NCBI GenBank assembly: GCA_964394145.1
Contig: CAYMVL010000044.1
Coordinates: forward strand, 560-64,559
Length of the DNA stretch: 64,000 nucleotides
From: an uncultured Dehalococcoidales bacterium
Lineage (GTDB): Bacteria > Chloroflexota > Dehalococcoidia > GIF9 > AB-539-J10
Direction: 5' to 3'
Part shown: piece after piece, positions 1 through 8,714 of the stretch
Numbering within the stretch: the first letter of the stretch is position 1
How the letters are laid out: every line of letters starts with the position of its first letter
Program-made: the position numbers and the translations under genes
The notes under the pieces: model-generated
What the model saw: only the letters and a program-made list of their open reading frames with translations
Database searches by the model: none
What the model was told of the DNA's origin: nothing

Positions 1-98
1 TAAGAGCGCTATTCGCCACATAGCGGGTTAATCGTGCCCTGTCGAAACACCGCAGCGAACAGAACGGATGAGAGTAACAGGCTCACAGAGTCAGCATA

Positions 99-127
99 TT
101 GCAGTATTCATTATCTTTCAGTATAAT
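99..127 (+). promoter_or_regulatory. sigma-70-type promoter of the antitoxin-PIN-res-tcmP-DUF5131-mod operon
   Basis: TTGCAG (99-104), 17-nt spacer, TATAAT (122-127). Followed by GGAGGTG Shine-Dalgarno (134-140) and an in-frame GTG at 147. An imperfect inverted repeat (93-104 / 119-130) brackets the -35 and -10. Confidence 0.55.
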
Positions 128-146
128 GCTCATGGAGGTGATAGAA

Positions 147-443
147 GTGAAAGGCAACAATAACAAGAGCCGGTTTACTCTAGATATGACTCCTGAATTG
201 CGCACGCGTCTGAAGATCGCCGCCGCTCGCAAGGGCGTGACCATGCGTCACTACTCCGTTTCGGCTATAGAGCAGCAGCTTGAGAGAGAAGAATTTGGAG
301 TCCTCGCTTCGGGCAGCTTCAACCACGATGCCGTGGAGAAGGCAAAGGAGCTTCAGAAGTCAGTTTTCGGAGAGCGCAAGCTCGCCGATGAGTCAGTAGA
401 GTTGATTCGCCAAGCCCGAGAGGAAAGGATAAGCCAGTTGTGA
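147..443 (+). CDS. ribbon-helix-helix (CopG/Arc-like) antitoxin, VapB-like
   Basis: Same frame as track ORF 99..443, but the GTG at 147 sits 6 nt after GGAGGTG, whereas the upstream ATGs lie inside the promoter. The N-terminus RFTLDMTPELRTRLKIAAARKGVTMRHY is RHH-like. The stop overlaps the PIN gene start (GTGA at 440-443). Confidence 0.7.
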   Translation: MKGNNNKSRFTLDMTPELRTRLKIAAARKGVTMRHYSVSAIEQQLEREEFGVLASGSFNHDAVEKAKELQKSVFGERKLADESVELIRQAREERISQL

Positions 444-883
444 ATGGCTATGTAGTGGTAGATGCCAGCCTAGCGATAAAGTGGGTACTGAACGAGCCCT
501 ATGCTGACGAGGCACTGGCGATAGCAAGTGAGTGGGCTACCGCGGAAATCAGGCCAGTGGCACCGTGCCTCCTGCTCGTCGAAGCAGCCAATGTCCTGCA
601 CCGTCGGGTGGTGAAAGGACACATTTCCCCATCTCAAGCAAAGCAGTTGCTGGCAGGGCTACTCAACATGGGTATCGAGGTAAGGGAAAGCCCGCAAATT
701 CACCTTCGGGCCCTAGAGCTGGCCCAGGAGCTAAAAATGCCGGCTGTCTATGATACTCACTATCTGGCTCTGGCTGATATCCTAGGATGCGACTTATGGA
801 CCGCTGATGAGCGCTTCTTTAACTCAGTTAAGGAGCGACAGCCACGCGTCAAGTGGCTGGGAGAGTTTGAAGCGGGGAGATAG
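440..883 (+). CDS. vapC: PIN-domain ribonuclease toxin (VapC family)
   Basis: 147 aa. N-terminal VVVDASLAIKW carries the first PIN acidic residue; later motifs are EAANVL, DTHYLALA and TADERF. Translationally coupled to the upstream RHH gene. Confidence 0.85.
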   Translation: MNGYVVVDASLAIKWVLNEPYADEALAIASEWATAEIRPVAPCLLLVEAANVLHRRVVKGHISPSQAKQLLAGLLNMGIEVRESPQIHLRALELAQELKMPAVYDTHYLALADILGCDLWTADERFFNSVKERQPRVKWLGEFEAGR

Positions 884-885
884 CA

Positions 886-3873
886 ATGCCAGACGTGATA
901 ATAGAGAATCCTATCCTTAATTCGCCTTTTGAGGAGCCTGCACGCCACTTCAAATTCTCTGACGAAGGCATCACCAATGAAATCGTTGAAGCCCGCCGGG
1001 TGAGCTCCTATTTCATTCCCATCGCTAAACCCAAGAAGAAAGGCAAAGCTGCCCAGCTGGCTTTTGATACCGAGTGGACCTTAGACAGAATCAAACCCAA
1101 TGAAGAAATCAACCGGATTAGAGATAGAGTATCTCAGTGGCGAAAGGGAAATTATGTGGGAATCACTAAGACAACCCGCCGCCTTCTGGAATACTGGACT
1201 AATCCCCAACGAGAAAAGAAGCTGTTCTTCTGTCAGATTGAAGCTGCGGAAACAGCTATTTACCTAGCTGAGGTGGCTAACAGGTATGGCGATTCCTGGA
1301 TTGAGAACAGTCTCAGACAGTTCAATGAGGACGCAAATCCGGGGGTTTACCGCATCGCTTTTAAGATGGCGACGGGCAGTGGTAAGACGGTCGTTATGGC
1401 TATGCTCATCGCCTGGCACGTGTTAAACAAGCAGGCTAATCCGCAAGATGGCCGCTTTTCAGATACTTTTCTCGTTGTCACACCAGGAATTACCATCCGT
1501 GACCGGTTGCGTGTCCTGCTACCGAATGACCCTCAAAACTACTATCATCAGATGGACATATTGCCACCTGAATGGATGGAGGACCTGGGGAAAGCGAAAA
1601 TCATCATCACCAATTTCCACGCCTTCAAGCCTCGTGAGCTGGTAAGCGCTGGCAAGCTTACCAAGCACATTCTGACCAAGGGTCAAAATAACTCACTCAC
1701 AGAAACACCTGACCAGATGGTGCGGCGGGTTTGTCGTGAGCTGGGGAATAAGAAGAACATTACTGTAGTCAATGATGAAGCCCACCACTGCTACCGTCGG
1801 CGTGTTGGTGGTGAGGATATTAAGCTACTCGGAGACGAGAGAAAAGAGGCTGAAAAGCGAGAAGAAGAGGCCCGGATCTGGATATCAGGATTGGAAGCGG
1901 TAAAAAAGAAGATTGGCATAAAGGCGATATACGACCTTTCTGCTACTCCCTTCTTCCTGCGCGGCTCAGGGTACCCCGAAGGCACGTTGTTCCCGTGGGT
2001 AGTCTCGGATTTCTCCCTTATCGATGCCATTGAGTGTGGAATAGTCAAAGTGCCACGGGTACCTGTTGCCGATGATTCTATGCGAGGGGAATTGCCAACC
2101 TACCGCAACATCTGGATTCATATCAGGGACCATTTACCGAAGAAAGGTCGCGGCACGAGAGACGAAAGTGGCGGAGAGCCGAAACTCCCCAAAGAGCTGG
2201 AGGGTGCTCTCTATAGCCTCTATGGTAACTACGAGAAGTATTACCGCCAGTGGGAAAGGAACACCGAGGCTAGAGCCAAGGGGCTAACTCCTCCGGTGTT
2301 CATTGTTGTCTGTAATAACACAAATGTTTCCAAGCTGGTGTACGACTGGATTTCAGGTTGGGAAAAGCAGTTGCCTGAAAACATGACCACCGTAGTGCCC
2401 GGCAACCTGGCTGTTTTCCGCAATTCCGATGATGGTGGCAATTGGCTATCTGTACCCAATACCATTCTAATTGACAGCGAGCAGCTTGAATCAGGCGAAG
2501 CCATGAGCAAGGAATTCAAGAAGATGGCTGCCCTGGCAATTGAAGAGTTCAAAAGGGAATACTCCATCCGCTTCCCGGGGCGTGATGCGGAAAAGCTTAC
2601 TGACGAAGACCTCTTGCGCGAGGTGATGAACACGGTAGGCAAACCGGGGAAACTGGGCGAAAATGTGAAGTGTGTAGTATCCGTCTCCATGCTCACGGAG
2701 GGATGGGACGCCAACACCGTTACCCATATCATGGGAGTGCGTGCTTTTGGCACCCAGCTTCTCTGCGAGCAGGTAATTGGCCGTGGCTTGCGTCGCACAA
2801 GTTACGTGACTAATGACAAAAACATGTTGGAGGCAGAATATGCCGAAGTCTATGGGGTGCCATTCTCGTTTATACCCTGTTCAGGCTCCAATCCCGACCC
2901 AAAACCGGGACCGATGCCGACCAGGGTTCGTGCTCTGGAGGAGCGCATTGCCTGCGAGATTACGTTTCCACGCCTCATTGGCTACCGCTATGACTTGCCG
3001 AGGGAAAGACTGACTGCCACCTTTACTCAAGATTCTATGATGTCTCTTTCTACAGCCGATATCCCGACGAAGACAGAGAATGCGCCCATTGTAGGTGAAA
3101 CCAGTACACACACATTATATTCGCTCAAATTACACCGAGAGCAGGAAGTTGCCTTCCGTCTTGCCAAATTGACCCTCGACAAGTATTTCCGCGACGATGA
3201 TGGCAATGCTAAACCCTGGTTATTCCCTCAGATAGTCGGCATTGCCAGGCAGTGGCTCCGGGCGTGTGTCACCCTGAAGGATAACAGCTTCCCACAACTG
3301 CTACTGCTCATTGAGTTCGCTCACGATGCCGCCGACCGTATTTACAAGGCGATTATCTCCTCACAGGATGGCCCGAAGTATCTGAAACCTATCCTTCGTC
3401 CCTATGATTATATTGGTTCCACCCGGTATGTTGATTTTGATACCACCCGGCCGGTATACCCAACTGACCCAAACAAATGCCATGTTTCCCACGTTGTCGC
3501 GGATACCGAGTCCTGGGAGCAAAAGATGGCCCAGGCTCTGGAGGAGATGGATGAAGTGGTTTGCTATGTCAAGAATCATAACCTCGGCTTCACAATACCC
3601 TACACGTTGGAAGGTGAAGACAGAAATTACATGCCGGATTTCATCGTGCGTGTGCGTGATGGAAGTGAAGACCTCCTGAATCTGATAGTTGAAGTCACCG
3701 GTGAGAAGAAGAAGGATAAGGCTGCCAAGGTAGCTACTGCCAGAACCCTCTGGATACCGGCGGTAAATAACCACGGCGGCTTCGGCAGATGGGCATTCCT
3801 GGAGATAGCGGATCCCTGGGATGCCAAGAATACTATCAGGGCGTTTGTTCGACAAAAAGGGAGTGAGCAATGA
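886..3873 (+). CDS. res: Type III-like restriction enzyme Res subunit (SF2 helicase plus C-terminal PD-(D/E)xK nuclease)
   Basis: 995 aa. Motifs: KMATGSGKTV (Walker A), VVNDEAHHCY (DEAH box), YDLSATPFF (III), MLTEGWDA...QVIGRGLRR (V/VI). C-terminal YMPDFIV...LIVEVTGEKK is nuclease-like. GGGGAGA SD upstream; the ATG is 2 nt after the vapC stop. Confidence 0.85.
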   Translation: MPDVIIENPILNSPFEEPARHFKFSDEGITNEIVEARRVSSYFIPIAKPKKKGKAAQLAFDTEWTLDRIKPNEEINRIRDRVSQWRKGNYVGITKTTRRLLEYWTNPQREKKLFFCQIEAAETAIYLAEVANRYGDSWIENSLRQFNEDANPGVYRIAFKMATGSGKTVVMAMLIAWHVLNKQANPQDGRFSDTFLVVTPGITIRDRLRVLLPNDPQNYYHQMDILPPEWMEDLGKAKIIITNFHAFKPRELVSAGKLTKHILTKGQNNSLTETPDQMVRRVCRELGNKKNITVVNDEAHHCYRRRVGGEDIKLLGDERKEAEKREEEARIWISGLEAVKKKIGIKAIYDLSATPFFLRGSGYPEGTLFPWVVSDFSLIDAIECGIVKVPRVPVADDSMRGELPTYRNIWIHIRDHLPKKGRGTRDESGGEPKLPKELEGALYSLYGNYEKYYRQWERNTEARAKGLTPPVFIVVCNNTNVSKLVYDWISGWEKQLPENMTTVVPGNLAVFRNSDDGGNWLSVPNTILIDSEQLESGEAMSKEFKKMAALAIEEFKREYSIRFPGRDAEKLTDEDLLREVMNTVGKPGKLGENVKCVVSVSMLTEGWDANTVTHIMGVRAFGTQLLCEQVIGRGLRRTSYVTNDKNMLEAEYAEVYGVPFSFIPCSGSNPDPKPGPMPTRVRALEERIACEITFPRLIGYRYDLPRERLTATFTQDSMMSLSTADIPTKTENAPIVGETSTHTLYSLKLHREQEVAFRLAKLTLDKYFRDDDGNAKPWLFPQIVGIARQWLRACVTLKDNSFPQLLLLIEFAHDAADRIYKAIISSQDGPKYLKPILRPYDYIGSTRYVDFDTTRPVYPTDPNKCHVSHVVADTESWEQKMAQALEEMDEVVCYVKNHNLGFTIPYTLEGEDRNYMPDFIVRVRDGSEDLLNLIVEVTGEKKKDKAAKVATARTLWIPAVNNHGGFGRWAFLEIADPWDAKNTIRAFVRQKGSEQ

Positions 3874-4706
3874 AAGCATTTGCGTATGATGAGATAGGCT
3901 ACTGGTCAGAAGTCAAACTTGACATTGTCCGGAAATATGCAAGCGCCTACTCGACGATTATGAGTGCCCAGTCGACCATTAAGAAGCATATCTACATTGA
4001 TGCGTTTGCGGGGGCGGGAAAGCATGTCTCCAGACGTACGGGTGAGTTTGTGCTCGGAAGCCCATTAAATGCGCTGAAGGTTACTCCTTCCTTCAGCGAA
4101 ATCCATTTAATCGACCTACATGGTGGCAAAGTTGCTGAGCTTCGCCGGCAAATTTGTTCGCGCCAGGATGTTTTCATTTACGAGGGCGATGCTAACAAGG
4201 TCCTTCTCGACACGGTTTTCCCACGTTGCCGGTACCAAGACTTCAACAGGGCATTGTGCCTTCTTGATCCCTATGGGCTGAACGTCGATTGGAGTATCCT
4301 GCAAGCCGCAGGCCAGATGGGCTCTATCGAGATTTTCTACAACTTCATGATTATGGATGCCAACATGAATGTCTTGTGGCGCAATCCAGATAACGTGGCT
4401 TACGCACAAGCAGTGCGTATGGACAAAGCCTGGGGGGATCATTCGTGGCGAGAAGCAGCATATGTGGTAAGGCCGACTCTTTGGGGCGACACAATCGATG
4501 AAAAAACTCGGAATGATGCTATTGCAGAAGGATTTCGGAAGCGACTGGAAGAAGTCGCTGGATTCAAGTATGCTCCAAAGCCTATGCCGATGCGAAACGC
4601 AAGAGGAGCAACTGTATACTACCTTTTCTTTGCTTCACCCAATAAGACTGGCTCTAGTATTGTCGAGGATATATTCAAAACCTACCGCCTGAGGGGGGTT
4701 GCGTAA
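3870..4706 (+). CDS. tcmP: three-Cys-motif partner protein TcmP-like (Rossmann/methyltransferase-like motifs), function unknown
   Basis: 278 aa. The start overlaps the res stop (ATGA, 3870-3873). Motifs: YIDAFAGAG (SAM motif I-like), [20 protein letters not shown] (motif IV-like). It lies immediately upstream of a PF07505-type gene, which is the defining context of TIGR04474 as I recall it. Confidence 0.7.
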   Translation: MKAFAYDEIGYWSEVKLDIVRKYASAYSTIMSAQSTIKKHIYIDAFAGAGKHVSRRTGEFVLGSPLNALKVTPSFSEIHLIDLHGGKVAELRRQICSRQDVFIYEGDANKVLLDTVFPRCRYQDFNRALCLLDPYGLNVDWSILQAAGQMGSIEIFYNFMIMDANMNVLWRNPDNVAYAQAVRMDKAWGDHSWREAAYVVRPTLWGDTIDEKTRNDAIAEGFRKRLEEVAGFKYAPKPMPMRNARGATVYYLFFASPNKTGSSIVEDIFKTYRLRGVA

Positions 4707-5443
4707 TGGCTGTCAATTCCTCCATCGAATGGACAAAATCTACCTGGAATCCGGTTACCGGCTGTACAAAAATCAGCCCGGGGTGTAAACACTGCTACGC
4801 CGAACGAATGGCACGGCGCTTGCAGTCGATGAAGCACCCGAACTATGTAGATGGATTCAAGGTAGCTATACACGCCCAGCTACTAAACCTTCCTTTGGAG
4901 TGGAAGAAACCTCGGACTATTTTCGTCAACTCCATGAGCGACCTGTTTCACGAGGATGTCCCGTTGTTGTTCATACTTGACGTATTTGATGTAATGAGGC
5001 AAGCGTCGTGGCATGATTTCCAAATACTTACCAAGCGCTCTGCACGTCTCTTGGAATTGAGTCCAGAGTTGGAGTGGCCACAAAACGTATGGATGGGTGT
5101 GAGCGTTGAAAACCCTGACTACATGTTTCGCATCGACCATCTTCGTTCAACAGGGGCCTCGGTCAAGTTTCTTTCTCTGGAGCCGCTGTTAGGGCCGCTA
5201 CCCAACCTTGACCTTTCTGGAATTGACTGGGTAATTGTAGGTGGGGAATCTGGACCCATGGCACGGCCCATCGATAAAGCCTGGGTAGTTGACATCCGCG
5301 ACCAGTGTCAGCAGGCAGCGGTGCCTTTCTTCTTCAAACAATGGGGTGGGGTTAAAAAGAAGAAAGCGGGCCGTCTGCTGGACGGCAGGACATGGGATGA
5401 GTTGCCCAGCACAGCACGCCTAGCACTGGCTCCTACAACTTGA
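4706..5443 (+). CDS. phage Gp37/Gp68 family protein (DUF5131 / PF07505 / COG4422), Cys-cluster enzyme of unknown function
   Basis: 245 aa. The ATG overlaps the tcmP stop (TAATG, 4704-4708). The signature N-terminus [28 protein letters not shown] contains C-x6-C-x2-C. Later motifs: [40 protein letters not shown]. Confidence 0.8.
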   Translation: MAVNSSIEWTKSTWNPVTGCTKISPGCKHCYAERMARRLQSMKHPNYVDGFKVAIHAQLLNLPLEWKKPRTIFVNSMSDLFHEDVPLLFILDVFDVMRQASWHDFQILTKRSARLLELSPELEWPQNVWMGVSVENPDYMFRIDHLRSTGASVKFLSLEPLLGPLPNLDLSGIDWVIVGGESGPMARPIDKAWVVDIRDQCQQAAVPFFFKQWGGVKKKKAGRLLDGRTWDELPSTARLALAPTT

Positions 5444-5458
5444 TTGGAGGCATAGCCT

Positions 5459-8089
5459 ATGACAAAGGGTGAGAAAGCAAAATCTATAAACGTGGAAACA
5501 CTCCGTCACAAGGACAGGCGTGCTAATATCCCTACCGAGGAACTGCGCGACTTCGTGGCTGAGGACGAGGCTAAACCGAAAAACATTCTCTACCCCCGTG
5601 ACCCTTCTCTTGACCCGCAGCTTGTCTGGAAGGGAAAGGACGAGCAGGACTCAAAGCCTCTGGAGGTGCCAGCAGTACCCGTCTATATCCAGGAAAAGAT
5701 TCACCCCAAGCACATCATTGAAGACCTGCGTGCCCAAGCTAAAGAAGGCAAGCCAGCCCAGCTTGACTTCTTTGCCGATTTCAACGGACTCCAATTTGAG
5801 GAACTGGTGGAGTTTTACCAGCATGAGCAGAACTGGACCAACCGCATGATTCTCGGGGATTCACTTCTCGTAATGACCTCTCTGGCAGAAAAGGAAGGGC
5901 TGAAGGGTAAGGTGCAGATGATTTACATTGACCCGCCCTACGGTATCAAGTTCTACTCAAACTGGCAGGTGAGCACCCGCAGGAAGGATGTGAAAGATGG
6001 TAGTGCCTTGGATACCACCCGTCAACCGGAACAGATTAAGGCATTTCGGGACACCTGGAAGCTGGGCATACACTCCTATCTTGCCTACTTGCGGGACCGG
6101 CTGGTGGTGGCACGTGACCTGCTGACGGAGACCGGGAGCGTTTTTGTACAGATTGGCGATGAGAACGTGCACCTTGTGCGAAGTCTGATGGATGAAGTGT
6201 TTGGAATCGAAAACTTCATGAGTCTGATTTCCATTAAGCGAGCCTCTGTGATGTTCGAGAAGAAATATTTGAATACTGCTTGCTTCTTCATAATATGGTA
6301 TGCCAGAGATATTGAGAAAGTTAAGTATCGCGACCTTTTCGAGGAACGGACCCTGGACGGTTTTGCAGATAACACTGGTTCTCACCTTTGGGTAGAGAAT
6401 GAAGGTCTGAGTTTTGTAAGGAAAGTGTCCCCTGAAGAACGGCAAGATTTAACTCAGTTGGTGAAAGCCAACCCTAGCTATAGGATTTTTGGGACATTAA
6501 GTCTCAATGCGCAGGGCAGAGAGAAACAAGCGGGATTCGACTACGAAGGGAAGACATATTATCCTCCTCAGGGAACTCAGTGGAAAACCTCGTACGAAGG
6601 GCTTGAAATATTAGCTCAATTGAAACGTTTGGTTGTAGAAGGCAATACGGTCCGCTATAAACAGTATCTTTATGATTACCCTGTTATGCCCATAAATAGC
6701 CTTTGGATTGGCATTGGGGCAGCTGCCGACAAGATCTATGTGGTACAAACACCTCGTGAAATCATTCAAAGATGTATTCTGATGACCACCGATCCTGGTG
6801 ACCTGGTGTTTGACCCCACCTGCGGCAGCGGCACCACGGCTTATGTGGCCGAGCAGTGGGGAAGACGCTGGATTACTATAGATACCAGCCGGGTAGCTCT
6901 GGCACTGGCACGCACCCGCCTTATGGCAGCCCGCTTCCCCTACTACCTGCTGGCGGATTCCCCAGAGGGGATTAAGAAAGAAGCAGAACTTACCGGCAGG
7001 ACGCCGCCGGAATATAAGACCCAGGGAGATATTAAGAAGGGCTTTGTCTATAAGCGGGTGCCGCATATCACCCTCAAGTCCATCGCTAACAATCCAGATA
7101 TCAAGGAAGGTATGAGCAGAAAAGAGATCGATGCCGCCATCGCCCGCTATGCCGAGACGGAAATCCTCTATGACCAGCCCTATGAAGACAACAAGCGCAT
7201 CCGTGTCACCGGGCCGTTCACCGTGGAGAGCCTTTCCCCTCACCGAGTTATCGCTGTGGATGACGAAAGACCAGCCTCAGAGACTGAGGCACAGAAAGAG
7301 GCTGGAGTTGGCCAGTTTGAGACTATGATTCTGGACAACCTGAAAAAGGCTGGAGCGCAGAACACATTCAAGAACGAACGCCTCAAATTTGACCGCCTTG
7401 AACCCTATGCCGGGGAATGGCTACACGCCGAGGGCGAGTACACTGAAAAGGACGGCGCGGCAAAGCGGGCGGCAGTCTGCATTGGTCCGGAGTATGGTAC
7501 AGTAGGCCCAGAACTGGTGAAGGAAGCGGCCAAGGAAGCAGTGAAGGGTGTCGGCTTTGATTTGCTTGTAGTCTGTGGCTTTGCCTTTGATGCCCACGTA
7601 TTCGAAGAAGCCAAGCGGTATGGAAAACTGATTGTACTCATGGTCAAGCTGGATACATCCTTGTACCTAACAAACGATCAACTGAAATCAACGGGGGCCG
7701 GTAATCTCTTCATGGTCTTTGGCGAGCCGGACGTCGATATCAAAAAGCAGAAAGATGGCAGAATAGTCGTGAAAATTAGAGGCGTCGATGTCTATGACCC
7801 GACCACCGGTCAGATAAGGAACAGCTCTACCGACGATATCGCTTGCTGGTTTATCGATACGGACTACAACGAGGAAAGTTTCTTTGTCCGCCATGCATAC
7901 TTCTGTGGTGCCGATGAGCCATACGAGAAACTGCAACGAGCACTCAAGGCTGAGATTGACGAAGCAGCCTGGTCATCTCTCTATTCTACAGTCAGCCGCC
8001 CCTTTCACCCGCCAAAGACCGGTAAGATTGCTATCAAGGTTATCAACCATTACGGGGATGAGGTGCTGAAGGTGTATGAGGTGCAATAG
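5459..8089 (+). CDS. mod: site-specific DNA methyltransferase, Type III Mod-like (beta-class N6A/N4C amino-MTase) with long C-terminal extension
   Basis: 876 aa. IYIDPPYG (motif IV, residues about 155-162) precedes VFDPTCGSGTTAYVAEQ (motif I, about residue 450). GGAGG SD 9 nt upstream. Roughly 380-400 aa follow the MTase core. Confidence 0.85.
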   Translation: MTKGEKAKSINVETLRHKDRRANIPTEELRDFVAEDEAKPKNILYPRDPSLDPQLVWKGKDEQDSKPLEVPAVPVYIQEKIHPKHIIEDLRAQAKEGKPAQLDFFADFNGLQFEELVEFYQHEQNWTNRMILGDSLLVMTSLAEKEGLKGKVQMIYIDPPYGIKFYSNWQVSTRRKDVKDGSALDTTRQPEQIKAFRDTWKLGIHSYLAYLRDRLVVARDLLTETGSVFVQIGDENVHLVRSLMDEVFGIENFMSLISIKRASVMFEKKYLNTACFFIIWYARDIEKVKYRDLFEERTLDGFADNTGSHLWVENEGLSFVRKVSPEERQDLTQLVKANPSYRIFGTLSLNAQGREKQAGFDYEGKTYYPPQGTQWKTSYEGLEILAQLKRLVVEGNTVRYKQYLYDYPVMPINSLWIGIGAAADKIYVVQTPREIIQRCILMTTDPGDLVFDPTCGSGTTAYVAEQWGRRWITIDTSRVALALARTRLMAARFPYYLLADSPEGIKKEAELTGRTPPEYKTQGDIKKGFVYKRVPHITLKSIANNPDIKEGMSRKEIDAAIARYAETEILYDQPYEDNKRIRVTGPFTVESLSPHRVIAVDDERPASETEAQKEAGVGQFETMILDNLKKAGAQNTFKNERLKFDRLEPYAGEWLHAEGEYTEKDGAAKRAAVCIGPEYGTVGPELVKEAAKEAVKGVGFDLLVVCGFAFDAHVFEEAKRYGKLIVLMVKLDTSLYLTNDQLKSTGAGNLFMVFGEPDVDIKKQKDGRIVVKIRGVDVYDPTTGQIRNSSTDDIACWFIDTDYNEESFFVRHAYFCGADEPYEKLQRALKAEIDEAAWSSLYSTVSRPFHPPKTGKIAIKVINHYGDEVLKVYEVQ

Positions 8090-8120
8090 GCTAAATAGCT
8101 AATTTTGTTCGAGATCAATC

Positions 8121-8714
8121 ATGACAATGTGGCAAGCAGATTCAATTATTGTAATTGTTACAGGGGGCATTAATCTTCTAGCCCTCATTTTTGTAGGTTG
8201 GCAGGCGTTCCTAACAAGGAGATCGCTGGCTTTGATGCAAACAAGTACGAAAGAAACCCAGAGGGCTCGTGAACTCACTCAATTGCCAGATTCAGACCAA
8301 ATTATGCATGTCATCGCGCACTTGGATTTATGGCGGCAGGAACTTCATGAGATAGTTCACGATCAACAAGTTATCAAATCAAGGATCGTAGATGGCGACA
8401 AGAACATAGTAAAGCAATACGGCTTGAATACATCCAAAGGGATCATCCGGAAAGCTATATATGATAGACTCTCTCCGTGGCTGCAATATGTCTTGATGTC
8501 CGCAGCGAAATATTACTTTGATGGCAAATCGTTTGCGTACGTCTTGTCAGAATGTGACAGCAAAACAGCTTTGGATATGCTTCCGACAACGATAGATCGC
8601 TGCAAAGTAGGCATTAGCAGAATTGATGAGATGAAATCCTCTATAGACTATATCGTTCCAGAGTGGTATTTGAATAGTCCGGCCTCGGTAGGCGACTCTA
8701 AATTCTTTGATTGA
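8121..8714 (+). CDS. hypothetical membrane-anchored protein
   Basis: 197-aa ORF 31 nt after mod. It has one N-terminal hydrophobic helix (IIVIVTGGINLLALIFVGW) and no motif I recognise. Visibly more AT-rich codon usage than its neighbours. Confidence 0.5.
   Translation: MTMWQADSIIVIVTGGINLLALIFVGWQAFLTRRSLALMQTSTKETQRARELTQLPDSDQIMHVIAHLDLWRQELHEIVHDQQVIKSRIVDGDKNIVKQYGLNTSKGIIRKAIYDRLSPWLQYVLMSAAKYYFDGKSFAYVLSECDSKTALDMLPTTIDRCKVGISRIDEMKSSIDYIVPEWYLNSPASVGDSKFFD

Noticed and set aside
2241-2798. Long antisense ORFs opposite well-supported genes. Examples: 2241..2798, 3361..3879, 6611..7243, 21201..21731, 23075..23719, 26937..27401, 29369..29797, 37351..37809, 63161..63814.
   Set aside because: Each lies entirely within a gene with clear family motifs on the other strand. 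Their translations are low-complexity (Ser/Pro/Arg-rich), and they lack SD sequences. They are typical shadow ORFs.
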